This document shows positions 27,701 to 35,391 of a DNA stretch of 64,000 bases, in pieces. Under the pieces are notes generated by a model. The model had not been told where the DNA came from. It saw only the letters and a list, made by a program, of their open reading frames with translations, and made no database searches. The stretch covers positions 294,568 to 358,567 of the forward strand of contig JAGWJP010000001.1 of assembly GCA_028865725.1 (NCBI GenBank), in the 5' to 3' direction. Origin of the DNA: Patescibacteria group bacterium. GTDB lineage: Bacteria > Patescibacteriota > Minisyncoccia > UBA6257 > JACRHW01. Both the position numbers and the translations under genes were made by a program. Position 1 is the stretch's first letter. The number at the start of each line of letters is the position of its first letter.

Positions 27701-28234
27701 GGCACCACATATTACTATAAAGTTTCCGCAGCCGATACGAGTGGAAATGAATCTTCAAAGTCATCTGTTTCATCGGGGCTTGCTGTCGCTGCTCTTGTTT
27801 CCGGAGGAGGTTCCTACTCATCTGCTGCCTCTTCAGCAGCAAACCCTGTAGTTACCACTACAAACACAGAAACCTCAACGGTTGAAAATGCAACGCCAAC
27901 TTCTTCTCCCGTTTCTGCTTCTGTAAGTACGGTAACCACCCCAACATCTACGACAGCCCCCCAAGCAGTTTCTTCTACTGCACATGCAGCCGCAACACTT
28001 ACTCGATCGCTTTCTCTCGGCAGCAAAGACTCCGAAGTGACAACCCTTCAAAAACTTCTCGCATCCGATCCGTCACTTTATCCGGAAGGACTCATATCAG
28101 GCTACTTCGGCGCACTTACCAAGAAAGCAGTCATTCGATTCCAAGAAAAATATGGTATCGCGACTGATGCAGCAACAGCCGGACTTGTAGGACCAGAGAC
28201 ACGTGCGAAATTGATGGAGGTGTTAGGAAGATAG
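21725..28234 (+). CDS. giant (2169 aa) cell-surface protein with LTD, Ig-like, CarboxypepD_reg-like, FN3 and peptidoglycan-binding domains
   Basis: Signal/TM segment MRMKKINLFFAAVFIVSAASF. A lamin-tail-like domain spans roughly aa 120-270 (AIKIAAVRSGTTGNNLNEFIMLYNT...GFFLIASANGYG). Multiple Ig-like/Big repeats follow, then four or more CarboxypepD_reg-like repeats (for example GSVKDGSGKAITGANVYAY...SYEVGARAPGF). An FN3 domain follows (PSAPTNVSATQSGSSAVVTWTAP...YYYKVSAADTSGNES). The C-terminus has a PG_binding_1 domain (LSLGSKDSEVTTLQKLL...GYFGALTKKAVIRFQEKYGI). All minus-strand ORFs inside are judged spurious. Confidence 0.8.
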   Translation: MRMKKINLFFAAVFIVSAASFLYESHNVSAFTVAGAFLRDSQSFNVLFDADVASSTFSTSTLSLSTSTLQAVSTFPENTREIFGSVSGTLTTADTVTVSSTAHDTLGNANLASTTPFTFLPAIKIAAVRSGTTGNNLNEFIMLYNTMNQSWNASSALHLHVLNASGHDNVIPLTFATSTIPANGFFLIASANGYGGTISPDATYSSSTDILATSTTAIFINSTSTPTDASSIGSVIDKVEWGASAQIGSSVSFSFATTTASTSLPLDYTFVRKASSASTPVSMASGGSDSNKGNGYDTRDNAQDFVMLSGSLSPALKNSASPSEFASGGGVQDATVPIVMGSFPSGMNGEMVPTDLQFVGFGFNKSMDGSTITSSTVSLVQQGQATNMCSSVSYSNSFNTSGPPGQCTIPAGALIAGSTYVFTIKGSSSTPSVHDSSGNVLNQPSGQNGNANHDYQVIFTPTSGFTLTPQTPPSIIGSFPAPGANGIPTNISSISIGFSQAIDPASLSGVTLLRSGGSNVLNALTPKLSSDGKSATIPVSASPLLAGTTYTLTVPTTVRNSNNVNLPQTYTASFVTGASGGDMTGPLVLGHLPNIATGVPVNATDIHLSTDDALNPTTITSSTVQITDANGNHIPGTLTYDSLSQEIVFVADNVFQTNTLYTVTLNAASATPVIENVVGLPLQDSDGSSDNKYTFSFTTSASPDTTQPGLLVANANTFSLSLTFDEAVKQTEAENIANYALTSGGNPVTLSSFNGNTASYDLSTHTVTINNLALTAGASFSVTVSNVHDLSGNVIDPTKVSAGGTVLAPTLNGGIIGMGGGYIAPTNGLPTGFSSGSFGFVPQVGVHPMNTTAGFTSGYAVDLPISTQIPASGKIVLTFPSSFTLANAIADTFSPANNDINGPGTGTVTIASVVGDDTAHTVTVTLGGTGTQSNGGDTHDFLHFDLAQIVNPTVPNTADGYTIDIRTLNGSNSLESFTSMPFFITSAGSNSLTVNLTASGATNGTSTVYLLSPQTGPISRVSTAFVGASSTVIFSGLQSGMYALMTDPIITLTGGTFIGQSNPTPVNVNGSTSFALALSPAGSLASTTVSIHATGAKKVSVFAGGPNGYVDTPLTTSNGTTTVAIYYPANGDYTVGVGPQMSKTFNGPPPAPDYVMPQPVQVHVASNLASQTTLSFDLVSAGLTIAGSVKDGSGKAITGANVYAYSPQGGSGTFGTTASDGSFALNVAAGSYEVGARAPGFPSGIDTPVVVDSSGSLFVNGAAASSSSVTVKLSKGGVTISGKVTDGTNPVQGAQVWAYCDSSVSNNACFGPNSNVSAQTDSSGAFTLYVGNGTWKIGSFIPGYGQQPILTQVISGSNVTLSDIRPSATGTFATVSGTVCTNTTSDCTSGSPSAVSGAMIRIQGTDASGNFYSNSVISGSDGSYSFASSVPSGAGSSYRVLGNVAGLGEIAPTANFSVTGNVSNKDLVLKAGRTVNLNVSNPPSTYDMFLKFTNTTSGVANYLTLHNNASGTISLQNGSTYAIDARAQGFSFPVSLITLTGGTATYSTSTGQLALNGGSSDTVTLNLAFPAANVVSGTVKDGSGTLLSNAWVDFADPTHGSHFGTQSNASGTYSLPIQDGSYQVSVYAPGYLPNPTSLSLDGGTITLGNATTSASTVNLIANKSNLLIAGTITIDGSPAANALVKGTLLGGSTSIVTANTDGTYSLPVSNGSWTVTASANGYQNKDYASTVTVNGSSVSGVDINLTSLATLGNPSTLSIVPSQGGTLQNASGTLTIAVPANALSTSANAGKLAATETSNVINTASAKVFGNGVDISAQDSSNNPLSSGFTDNVVITMDIASSSFAADALTSTSTASKMELGYFKSSLNDWVPVETTLTYEDANGAPVTAASDLSNVDHISLSVPTKHFTVFGIITPTDALAPSAPTNVSATQSGSSAVVTWTAPTTNSDGTALSDLQEYEIYRDTSASGSFTTQVNSSQVTGTTFTDSTVSAGTTYYYKVSAADTSGNESSKSSVSSGLAVAALVSGGGSYSSAASSAANPVVTTTNTETSTVENATPTSSPVSASVSTVTTPTSTTAPQAVSSTAHAAATLTRSLSLGSKDSEVTTLQKLLASDPSLYPEGLISGYFGALTKKAVIRFQEKYGIATDAATAGLVGPETRAKLMEVLGR

Positions 28235-28457
28235 AATTATACATTTATCTGTTTCACCTGCACCATAAAAGCGTCCACTAAGGGCGCTTTTTTGGGTCTC
28301 TTAGAATGTGGTTTACTCGATTTAACAAGCGAGTTATAATCATTAGTATAAAGAAAGGGTGTGATGGTTTTTTACACTCAGGGAATAATGAGTTATGGGC
28401 GTGGACGTAGGGAGAGATTGTATTTAGATAGCTTTCTCAGTATTATTTAGACACCAC

Positions 28458-28844
28458 ATGAAAGTTCTTATCATTGAAGATGAAGAGGTGCTTGCCAAAG
28501 TCTTAAAGGAGGAATTTACCAATGAGCATTTTGAAGTTGCTCTCGTGATGAATGGTGATGAGGCACTCGCTCGTATAAAATCGTTTCATCCTGATATTAT
28601 TCTGCTCGATCTCATTCTTCCCAAGAAGGATGGTTTAGAGATTTTACAGGAATTGAAAGCTGATACGTGGTTGAGCGGTATCCCGGTTATTATTATTTCT
28701 AACCTTGGGGATACTGAGCATATTAAGAATGGTTTGGCCCTTGGCGCGGCAGCTTACTTAGTAAAGTCCCAGCATTCATTGAGTGAAATTGTTGCTATAG
28801 TTCGTCAACAACTCATGAAAGAAAAAAAGCCAACAAACTTTTAA
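28458..28844 (+). CDS. stand-alone response-regulator receiver (CheY-like)
   Basis: 128 aa. KVLIIEDEE and DIILLDLILPKKDG carry the phospho-acceptor Asp. PVIIIS and the conserved Lys in AAYLVKS complete the receiver fold. Confidence 0.8.
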   Translation: MKVLIIEDEEVLAKVLKEEFTNEHFEVALVMNGDEALARIKSFHPDIILLDLILPKKDGLEILQELKADTWLSGIPVIIISNLGDTEHIKNGLALGAAAYLVKSQHSLSEIVAIVRQQLMKEKKPTNF

Positions 28845-28845
28845 A

Positions 28846-30384
28846 TTGGATACCATGTCTTCTTTTTCCGGGGAGTACCCTATTGGTTTTGAACAAGCAC
28901 TTGATGTGTTAGAAAACTCAAGCGAAGGTTTTGTGATTGCAGATGGATCACGCGCGCACACTATTCTTTATGTAAATCCAGCGTGGGAGCGTATTACCGG
29001 GTGGACTAAGGATGAGGTAATAGGAAAACTTTCTCCTCGTATTTTGAAATCAGGTAAACAAGATGCCGAGTTTTATGATCATATGTGGGGGACTATTCTT
29101 CAAGGTGATATTTTCACAAGCGAGATTGTGAACAAGCGCAAGGATGGAAACCTTTATGACGCCGAAATAAGCATTTTTCCTATACGCGGTACTGATAATA
29201 GGGTTTTTTACGCCGAAATAAGCCGCGACATTACAATCAAAAAAAAGCTTGAAGAAGATGCTAAAAATCGTGCGAGTTTACTTAAACTCGAGGTGGAATT
29301 ACGCACGAATGAGTTAAAAAATAGGATTTTGGAAGATGAAGCCATTCTCATGTCCCTTGGTGAAGGTCTTGTGGTAACCGATCAAAATGGTCTTATCACA
29401 CTTGTAAACAAGGCGTTCGAAGATCTTGTGGGGTGGACGAGTGAGGAGGCGGTGGGTAAAAATATTTTTGACGTGATTCCTGTGGAGGATGAAGAAGGGA
29501 ATGGAATTTCTACAAACGATCTCCCGGTATTTCGGGTGATATCTGGACAAGGTGCTCCGAGCATTCGCTCACGTTACTATTATGTGCGTAAAGATAAGAC
29601 TAAGTTTCCCACGGCAGTTGTAACTACCCTGATACGGGGGGGAGACATTGTAAAAGGTGTCGCAACTATTTTTCGCGATATTACGAACGAGTTGGCCTTG
29701 GAAAAAGCAAAAGATGAATTTGTTTCTATTACTTCTCATCAATTGCGTACCCCGCTTTCTGCGATTAAGTGGACACTTGAGCTTTTTTCAAAAGAAACAG
29801 ATCTATCTCCGAAAAACCAGGAGCGTGTTCGTGATTTGTATCGTTCCTGTGAGCAGTTGATCGATCTTGTGAACACCTTGTTGAACATTGCGCGCATTGA
29901 ATCAGGCAAGCTTGTGGCCGTCAAAAAGAAAGTTAATATCGTCAATCTCATTCACGAATCGCTTACACTCTACAAGCCTGCTGCAGACAAGAATGGTCAA
30001 AACGTTCTTTTCACCGCGCCCCCACATGTAGAGGACGTTATGTGCGATCCTATTCTTTTTACCCAAGCATTTAATAATTTGCTAAGCAATGCCATTAAAT
30101 ATTCTCCCCCGCATTTAACTATTAAAGTTATCTTGGAAAAACAAGAAGCACAGTATCGCATAATGGTACACAATGAAGGATCGACTATTCCGGAAACGGA
30201 TTATAGTAAAGTATTCTCTAAGTTTTATCGCAGTCCTGATGCGCGGTACCAAGAAACCGCAGGAAGCGGATTAGGTCTTTTTATTGCAAAGTCATCGGTA
30301 GAAAAAAACGGAGGAATCATAGGATTTGAATCTAATGTCAGCAAAGGAACTACCTTTTTCTTTACTATTCCCTCGCATGAATAA
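28846..30384 (+). CDS. cytoplasmic PAS-domain sensor histidine kinase
   Basis: 512 aa with two PAS folds. The HisKA H-box is ITSHQLRTPLSAI. The HATPase_c motifs include NLLSNAIKYS and GSGLGLFIAKS. No TM segments. It starts 2 nt after the receiver gene. Confidence 0.8.
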   Translation: MDTMSSFSGEYPIGFEQALDVLENSSEGFVIADGSRAHTILYVNPAWERITGWTKDEVIGKLSPRILKSGKQDAEFYDHMWGTILQGDIFTSEIVNKRKDGNLYDAEISIFPIRGTDNRVFYAEISRDITIKKKLEEDAKNRASLLKLEVELRTNELKNRILEDEAILMSLGEGLVVTDQNGLITLVNKAFEDLVGWTSEEAVGKNIFDVIPVEDEEGNGISTNDLPVFRVISGQGAPSIRSRYYYVRKDKTKFPTAVVTTLIRGGDIVKGVATIFRDITNELALEKAKDEFVSITSHQLRTPLSAIKWTLELFSKETDLSPKNQERVRDLYRSCEQLIDLVNTLLNIARIESGKLVAVKKKVNIVNLIHESLTLYKPAADKNGQNVLFTAPPHVEDVMCDPILFTQAFNNLLSNAIKYSPPHLTIKVILEKQEAQYRIMVHNEGSTIPETDYSKVFSKFYRSPDARYQETAGSGLGLFIAKSSVEKNGGIIGFESNVSKGTTFFFTIPSHE

Positions 30385-31624
30385 TCATATGAAATACATA
30401 CGAAGAACTTTTTCTCGTGTCGCGAAGGGAAACGTTTTTTTTATCGGATTGCTTAGTTTTTTTGGGGGAATCAGTCAGGACATTTTTGTGCCCGTATTAC
30501 CCCTTTACCTTACGACTGTACTTGGATTCAATAGGGAATTTGTAGGAATCACCGAAGGATTAGTTACGAGCGGCGCTAGTCTTTTTAAGATTGTTGCAGG
30601 ATTTCTTTCTGACCGCGTGCATTTACGAAAGCCTATTGTGTTTGTGGGATATTTCGCTTCGCTTGTGGGGAGAATGTTGCTTGCATTCATCGCGTCTGCA
30701 GGAGGGATTCTGGCACTTCGTTTTCTGGATGGTGCCGGAAAGGGGATTAAGGACCCTTCAAAAGATGCATTGATTGCGGACTCTACACCCAGAGAATCGC
30801 GTGGACGAGGGTTTGGAGTGGTACGTGCACTCGATACGTTTGGATCTGTTGCGGGGCCGTTACTCCTGTTCCTTTTGTTGTATATCTGGAGAGACAATAT
30901 ATTGAAATATCACTACATTTTTTTAGTGACTGCCATTCCGCTTCTTGCCACGCTTGGTATTCTTACGTGGTACGTACGTGAAATTTCCCCTGTACCGAAA
31001 GAGTTGAGTCAAGGAAAGATTCCTGCAAATGCACCACTTGTCTTACCACGGTCTTTTTATTTATTTCTTGTCGTGATGACATTGTTTTCCTTAGGAAATT
31101 CTTCCGACGCGTTTCTTATTTTACGTGCGCGCAATGTAGGGGTTACGTTGCTCGCAGTGCCTCTTGTCTATGCCTTGTTTAACGTAGTTTATGCATCGGC
31201 TTCTATTCCTCTTGGCAGTTTGTCAGATAGGATTGGGCGTGAAAAGGTAATTCTCTTAGGGTGGTTTACATACGGGCTTGCGTATTTAGGATTTGCGTTT
31301 GCTGACCAGAGTTATCAGATTTGGTTGTTGTTTGCCTTTTATGGAATTTACTATGCGACGACTGAGGGGGTAGCAAAAGCATTTGTGGCAGATCTGGTGC
31401 CATCTTCTTCGCGTGGGAGGGCCTATGGGATTTATAACTCGATTATAGGACTTATGGCATTACCCGCCGGTATCATTGCAGGATATCTATGGGACACATT
31501 TAGCCCCGCTACTCCTTTTTTGTTTGGTTCTGGTATTGCGCTCTTTGCGGCAGTTCTGTTGCTGCTTCTTATGCAGTTCTCGCTCCATAACACTTCTGTG
31601 GTGCCAATGAGCGAAGTGAATTAA
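30377..31624 (+). CDS. MFS transporter
   Basis: 12-TM MFS with the motif GFLSDRVHLRKPIVF. The start is probably ATG 30377 or 30389; the track ORF 30326 overlaps the kinase gene. Confidence 0.65.
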   Translation: MNNHMKYIRRTFSRVAKGNVFFIGLLSFFGGISQDIFVPVLPLYLTTVLGFNREFVGITEGLVTSGASLFKIVAGFLSDRVHLRKPIVFVGYFASLVGRMLLAFIASAGGILALRFLDGAGKGIKDPSKDALIADSTPRESRGRGFGVVRALDTFGSVAGPLLLFLLLYIWRDNILKYHYIFLVTAIPLLATLGILTWYVREISPVPKELSQGKIPANAPLVLPRSFYLFLVVMTLFSLGNSSDAFLILRARNVGVTLLAVPLVYALFNVVYASASIPLGSLSDRIGREKVILLGWFTYGLAYLGFAFADQSYQIWLLFAFYGIYYATTEGVAKAFVADLVPSSSRGRAYGIYNSIIGLMALPAGIIAGYLWDTFSPATPFLFGSGIALFAAVLLLLLMQFSLHNTSVVPMSEVN

Positions 31625-31625
31625 A

Positions 31626-31655
31626 AACCCACGGACAGGAACCGTGGTGTTTTTG
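31626..31655 (+). terminator. rho-independent terminator
   Basis: CCCACGG-ACAGGAA-CCGTGGTG followed by TTTTTG. Confidence 0.5.
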
Positions 31656-31719
31656 TATTAGCATATTTTTTGTGAAACAAAGAGCGCGTGCTACAATAAA
31701 AACGGTTAACTATATTTTT

Positions 31720-34104
31720 ATGAACGCAAAACAGGTTTCTATTCCCACTGTTCTTGTTATTTTTGGTGCAACCGGAGATCTTATGGCTCGGAAAATCGCT
31801 CCTGCATTATTTAACCTCTCGCAAAAAGGAAAGCTCCCTGAGAAACTGAGATTTGTAGGGGTAGCGCGAAGAGAGTTGTCCTCCATCGATTTTCGTAAAC
31901 ATTTAAAAGACGCGCTCAAAGGGCGTGTAAAGGGTACTTCAACACAGGTTCATGAGTTTCTTGATATGTTTCTGTACCACCAAGGACTTCTTGATGCGCG
32001 CGAAATGTATATTTCTCTCGCAGAGGTACTCCATAGTATTGATGAAGAGTGGGGTGTGTGCAGTAACAAACTTTTTTATCTCGCGGTTCCTCCGGAGCTT
32101 TACAAAACGATATTCGAACATCTTGCCGCATCAGGGCTTACTATTCCTTGTGGAGGGGATGAAGGGTGGACACGTGTCCTTGTGGAAAAGCCGTTTGGGA
32201 GCGATCTGGCAACCGCAGAGGAACTTGATCGGGTATTGGGTTCCTTGTTCCACGAGAGTCAGATTTACCGCATCGATCATTATCTCGCGAAAGAAATGAT
32301 ACAGAATATTCTCGCATTTCGTTTTTCCAACAATCTTTTTGAAGAGAGCTGGGATGCGCACCACATTGAACGTATCGACATACGACTGTTCGAGACGCTC
32401 GGGGTAGAGGAGCGCGGAATGTTTTATGATCACGTGGGCGCATTGGTGGATGTGGGACAAAACCATCTCTTGCAGATGCTCGCGCTTATTGCGATGGACC
32501 CCCCTACTTCTCTCGGCGCGGAGAGCGTGCGAAAAGCGCGCGCACATATTTTAGAGAGTTTGCATCCAATGTCTTCTCGCGATATCCAGTATGCCACCTT
32601 TCGTGGCCAGTATAGGGGGTATTTGGACATTAAAGGCGTGCGTCCTCGCTCTACCACGGAGACATTTTTTAAGATTATTACGACACTTGATCATCCGCGC
32701 TGGGGATCTGTTCCATTTGTGCTGGAAGGCGGGAAAGGGATGGCGGAACAGCGAAAAGAGATTGTGGTTACGTTTCGTCACCCCACCCCGTGTTTGTGTC
32801 CCCCTCTGCAACACTACAAAAATAAGGTTATTATCTCGCTCGAGCCTCATGAAAGTATTGTGATTCAATTTTGGTCTAAGAAACCAGGATTTGATTTTCA
32901 AATGGAAGAACGCACCTTTGATTTCTTTTTGCGTGATGCGAAGGTGAGATCTCAGTATGTAGAAGAGTATGAAAAATTGCTTCTTGATTGTATCGCGGGA
33001 GATCAAACGTTGTTTGTAAGTACCGATGAGGTGCGTGCGATGTGGAGGTTTATTGATCCTATCGTAGCTGCATGGCGCGGTGAAAAAACGGTGCCCGTTG
33101 TTTCTTATACGCGCGGATCGAATGAGGCGGCAGAAAAGTCGGTTGTGCTTGAGAAGTCTTTGCTTCCTGTAACACTAAAGCATAAAGAAGTTGCGATTGT
33201 GGGATTGGGAAAAATGGGTGGAAATATTGCGCGCCAGCTTTTGCGGAAGGGGTGGCATGTCACAGGGTTTAATCGCTCGCGTGAGGCGACTGACGCACTC
33301 ACGAAGGAAGGGCTTTGTGGCGTGTATGAGGCAAAAAATCTTTTCGATACGCTTCACGCTCCTCGTATCTTCTGGTTTATGCTGCCGTCGCGCGAAACAG
33401 GGAATATCGCACCCATCGACGGGATATTATTTGGGAAAAATGGAATTGCAGCACAGCTTCGCAAAGGCGATATTGTGATTGATGGCGCAAACGCGTTTTA
33501 TAAGGATTCGATACGCCGCTATCGCGCGCTCAAAAAGCGTGGGGTAGGGTTTCTTGACGTAGGTGTTTCAGGTGGCCCTCAAGGCGCACTCCGTGGCGCA
33601 TCGCTCATGATTGGGGGTGATCGTGAAGTGTTTCTGCGCGCAGAGCCACTGTTTCGTGATATTGCGGAGTTGGGTGCCTACCAATTCTTCGAAGGCGCAG
33701 GTGCGGGACATTTTGTGAAGATGGTACACAACGGCATTGAGTACGGAATGATGCAGGCCTTGGCAGAAGGGTTTGCGATTATGAAGGCTTCGAAGTACCA
33801 CCTCGATCTTACTCGTGTTGCTGATGTCTACAACCATGGCAGTGTGATAGAGTCACGTCTTGTGGGTTGGTTGAAACAAGGGTTTATTACCTATGGCGAG
33901 GATCTTCGTAGTGTTTCAGGGACGGTGGGGCATACCGGTGAGGGGGCATGGACTGTTGAGACCGCAAAAGAACTGAAGGTGCAGGTAAAGATTATTGAGG
34001 GCGCGCTCCAGTTTCGCAAACAGTCCGCAAAGAACCCAAGTTATACAGGAAAGATTCTTAGCATGATTCGTAACCAGTTCGGAGGACACAGTATTAGTAG
34101 TTAG
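31720..34104 (+). CDS. zwf: fused glucose-6-phosphate 1-dehydrogenase / 6-phosphogluconate dehydrogenase (decarboxylating, short form)
   Basis: The N-terminal ~480 aa carry VIFGATGDLMARKIAPALFNL (the G6PD NADP fold), RIDHYLAKEMIQNILAFRFSN (the G6PD active-site motif) and a G6PD C-terminal domain. The C-terminal ~300 aa carry VAIVGLGKMGGNIARQL, GVSGGPQGALRGASLMIGG and GAGHFVKMVHNGIEYGMMQ (6PGDH/Gnd-like). The start is preferred at ATG 31720. Confidence 0.75.
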   Translation: MNAKQVSIPTVLVIFGATGDLMARKIAPALFNLSQKGKLPEKLRFVGVARRELSSIDFRKHLKDALKGRVKGTSTQVHEFLDMFLYHQGLLDAREMYISLAEVLHSIDEEWGVCSNKLFYLAVPPELYKTIFEHLAASGLTIPCGGDEGWTRVLVEKPFGSDLATAEELDRVLGSLFHESQIYRIDHYLAKEMIQNILAFRFSNNLFEESWDAHHIERIDIRLFETLGVEERGMFYDHVGALVDVGQNHLLQMLALIAMDPPTSLGAESVRKARAHILESLHPMSSRDIQYATFRGQYRGYLDIKGVRPRSTTETFFKIITTLDHPRWGSVPFVLEGGKGMAEQRKEIVVTFRHPTPCLCPPLQHYKNKVIISLEPHESIVIQFWSKKPGFDFQMEERTFDFFLRDAKVRSQYVEEYEKLLLDCIAGDQTLFVSTDEVRAMWRFIDPIVAAWRGEKTVPVVSYTRGSNEAAEKSVVLEKSLLPVTLKHKEVAIVGLGKMGGNIARQLLRKGWHVTGFNRSREATDALTKEGLCGVYEAKNLFDTLHAPRIFWFMLPSRETGNIAPIDGILFGKNGIAAQLRKGDIVIDGANAFYKDSIRRYRALKKRGVGFLDVGVSGGPQGALRGASLMIGGDREVFLRAEPLFRDIAELGAYQFFEGAGAGHFVKMVHNGIEYGMMQALAEGFAIMKASKYHLDLTRVADVYNHGSVIESRLVGWLKQGFITYGEDLRSVSGTVGHTGEGAWTVETAKELKVQVKIIEGALQFRKQSAKNPSYTGKILSMIRNQFGGHSISS

Positions 34105-34290
34105 TATGTCAGTGTATTAATACGTTATATTTGCCACTCGAGTTTCGGGTATAGGGTGTGTGAGAAAATAGAAGGCAGCAAATAGAAAATAGTATGCGAA
34201 CGTATTCTGAACCAGCTGAAGAAGCGAAGAGAATAAGTCGAGAATCTTCCCGATTCTAAACCCATTAACACGCAATACAAACGAATCTCT

Positions 34291-34372
34291 AAGCACTAAT
34301 TACTAAGCACTAATTACTCTCGTTACGTTCTCGTTTGTGATAACTAACACACTAACAAACTCAACAATGATG
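34291..34372 (+). promoter_or_regulatory. conserved upstream element (tandem 14-bp duplication plus a shared motif pair), also present upstream of rseP at about 63561..63612
   Basis: Perfect tandem AAGCACTAATTACT x2 at 34291-34318. The block ACTAATTACTCTCGTTACGTTC is followed by the 12-mer ACTAACAAACTC, ending 4 nt before the ATG at 34367. The same 12-mer and a 26-mer with 4 mismatches occur 4 nt before the rseP start. Confidence 0.4.
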
Positions 34373-35347
34373 TACGACGCAATACAAAACTTTTCAAAAC
34401 AATTTGAGTACGAGCCGGTGGTTGAAAATGCGGATTTCTTACCGCGCGCAACAACATTTGTGGTGGTAGGAATGGGGGGCTCTCATCTTGCCGCGGATCT
34501 TATTCGTGCCTGGAAACCTGATGCAAACATTGTGGTGCATCGTGATTACGGGCTTCCTTCTATCGCGCGTAGTGAGGAGCGTGATGTGCTTGTGGTCATA
34601 AGCTCCTATTCGGGAAATACCGAAGAAGTGCTTGATGCACTCCATGTGGCTCGTGCCGAGGACTTTCCTGTGGCAGTGATTGCAAAAGGCGGCAAGCTTT
34701 TGGAAGAGGCGTATGCGAATACTTTTCCGTATGTAAAACTTCCTGATATGGATTTGCAGCCTCGGCTTGCAATAGGGCTTAGTATGCTGGGGCTTTTGGC
34801 GCTTATGGGGGATACAGAAGGAGTGCGTGAAGTGCAGCGACTTGCTGCTTCGTTACGTCCTAATGACTGGGAGGAGAAGGGAAAACAGTATGCCGAGATG
34901 CTTTACGGGCGCATACCACTTATCTACGCGTCCACGCGTAATACCGCACTTGCCTATATTTGGAAAATTACTCTCAACGAAACAGGCAAGATCCCCGCGT
35001 TTTATAACGTATTTCCCGAATTGAATCACAATGAGATGACCGGATTTGATATCGCGGCTTCTACACATGAGCTTAGCAAGCTCTTTGCGTGCGTGATGCT
35101 AAAAGACGAGACTGACGATGTGCGTATCATCCGTCGTATTAAGATTACCGAGCGGTTGTATCATGACCGCGCTATCCCTGCACATACGATCGTATTTCCT
35201 GGGGAATCACGCATTTATTCTCTTTTCTCACTTATCGTACTCATAGAATGGGTGGCCTATTATATTGCCACACGCTACGATCGCGATCCTGAAGAAGTTC
35301 CCATGATCGAAGAATTCAAACGAAACATCGCAGATAACCGTTCATAG
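34367..35347 (+). CDS. bifunctional phosphoglucose/phosphomannose isomerase (SIS domain, archaeal-type PGI/PMI)
   Basis: The N-terminus MMYDAIQNFSKQF and the SIS P-loop VVGMGGSHLAA match the PGI/PMI family. The protein is about 326 aa. The track start at 34337 is GTG inside the conserved upstream motif. Confidence 0.6.
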   Translation: MMYDAIQNFSKQFEYEPVVENADFLPRATTFVVVGMGGSHLAADLIRAWKPDANIVVHRDYGLPSIARSEERDVLVVISSYSGNTEEVLDALHVARAEDFPVAVIAKGGKLLEEAYANTFPYVKLPDMDLQPRLAIGLSMLGLLALMGDTEGVREVQRLAASLRPNDWEEKGKQYAEMLYGRIPLIYASTRNTALAYIWKITLNETGKIPAFYNVFPELNHNEMTGFDIAASTHELSKLFACVMLKDETDDVRIIRRIKITERLYHDRAIPAHTIVFPGESRIYSLFSLIVLIEWVAYYIATRYDRDPEEVPMIEEFKRNIADNRS

Positions 35348-35391
35348 CAACAGCATAGACATCTTCTTTGGTTTTGTGTAGGATATTTTGT

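Noticed and set aside
21931-28026. About a dozen 60-150-aa ORFs on the minus strand inside the giant surface-protein gene
   Set aside because: All lie antisense to a single 6.5-kb ORF with coherent domain architecture. None has an RBS or recognisable domain.
32131-33006. Several minus-strand ORFs inside the zwf-gnd fusion gene
   Set aside because: They are antisense to a conserved enzyme-coding region.
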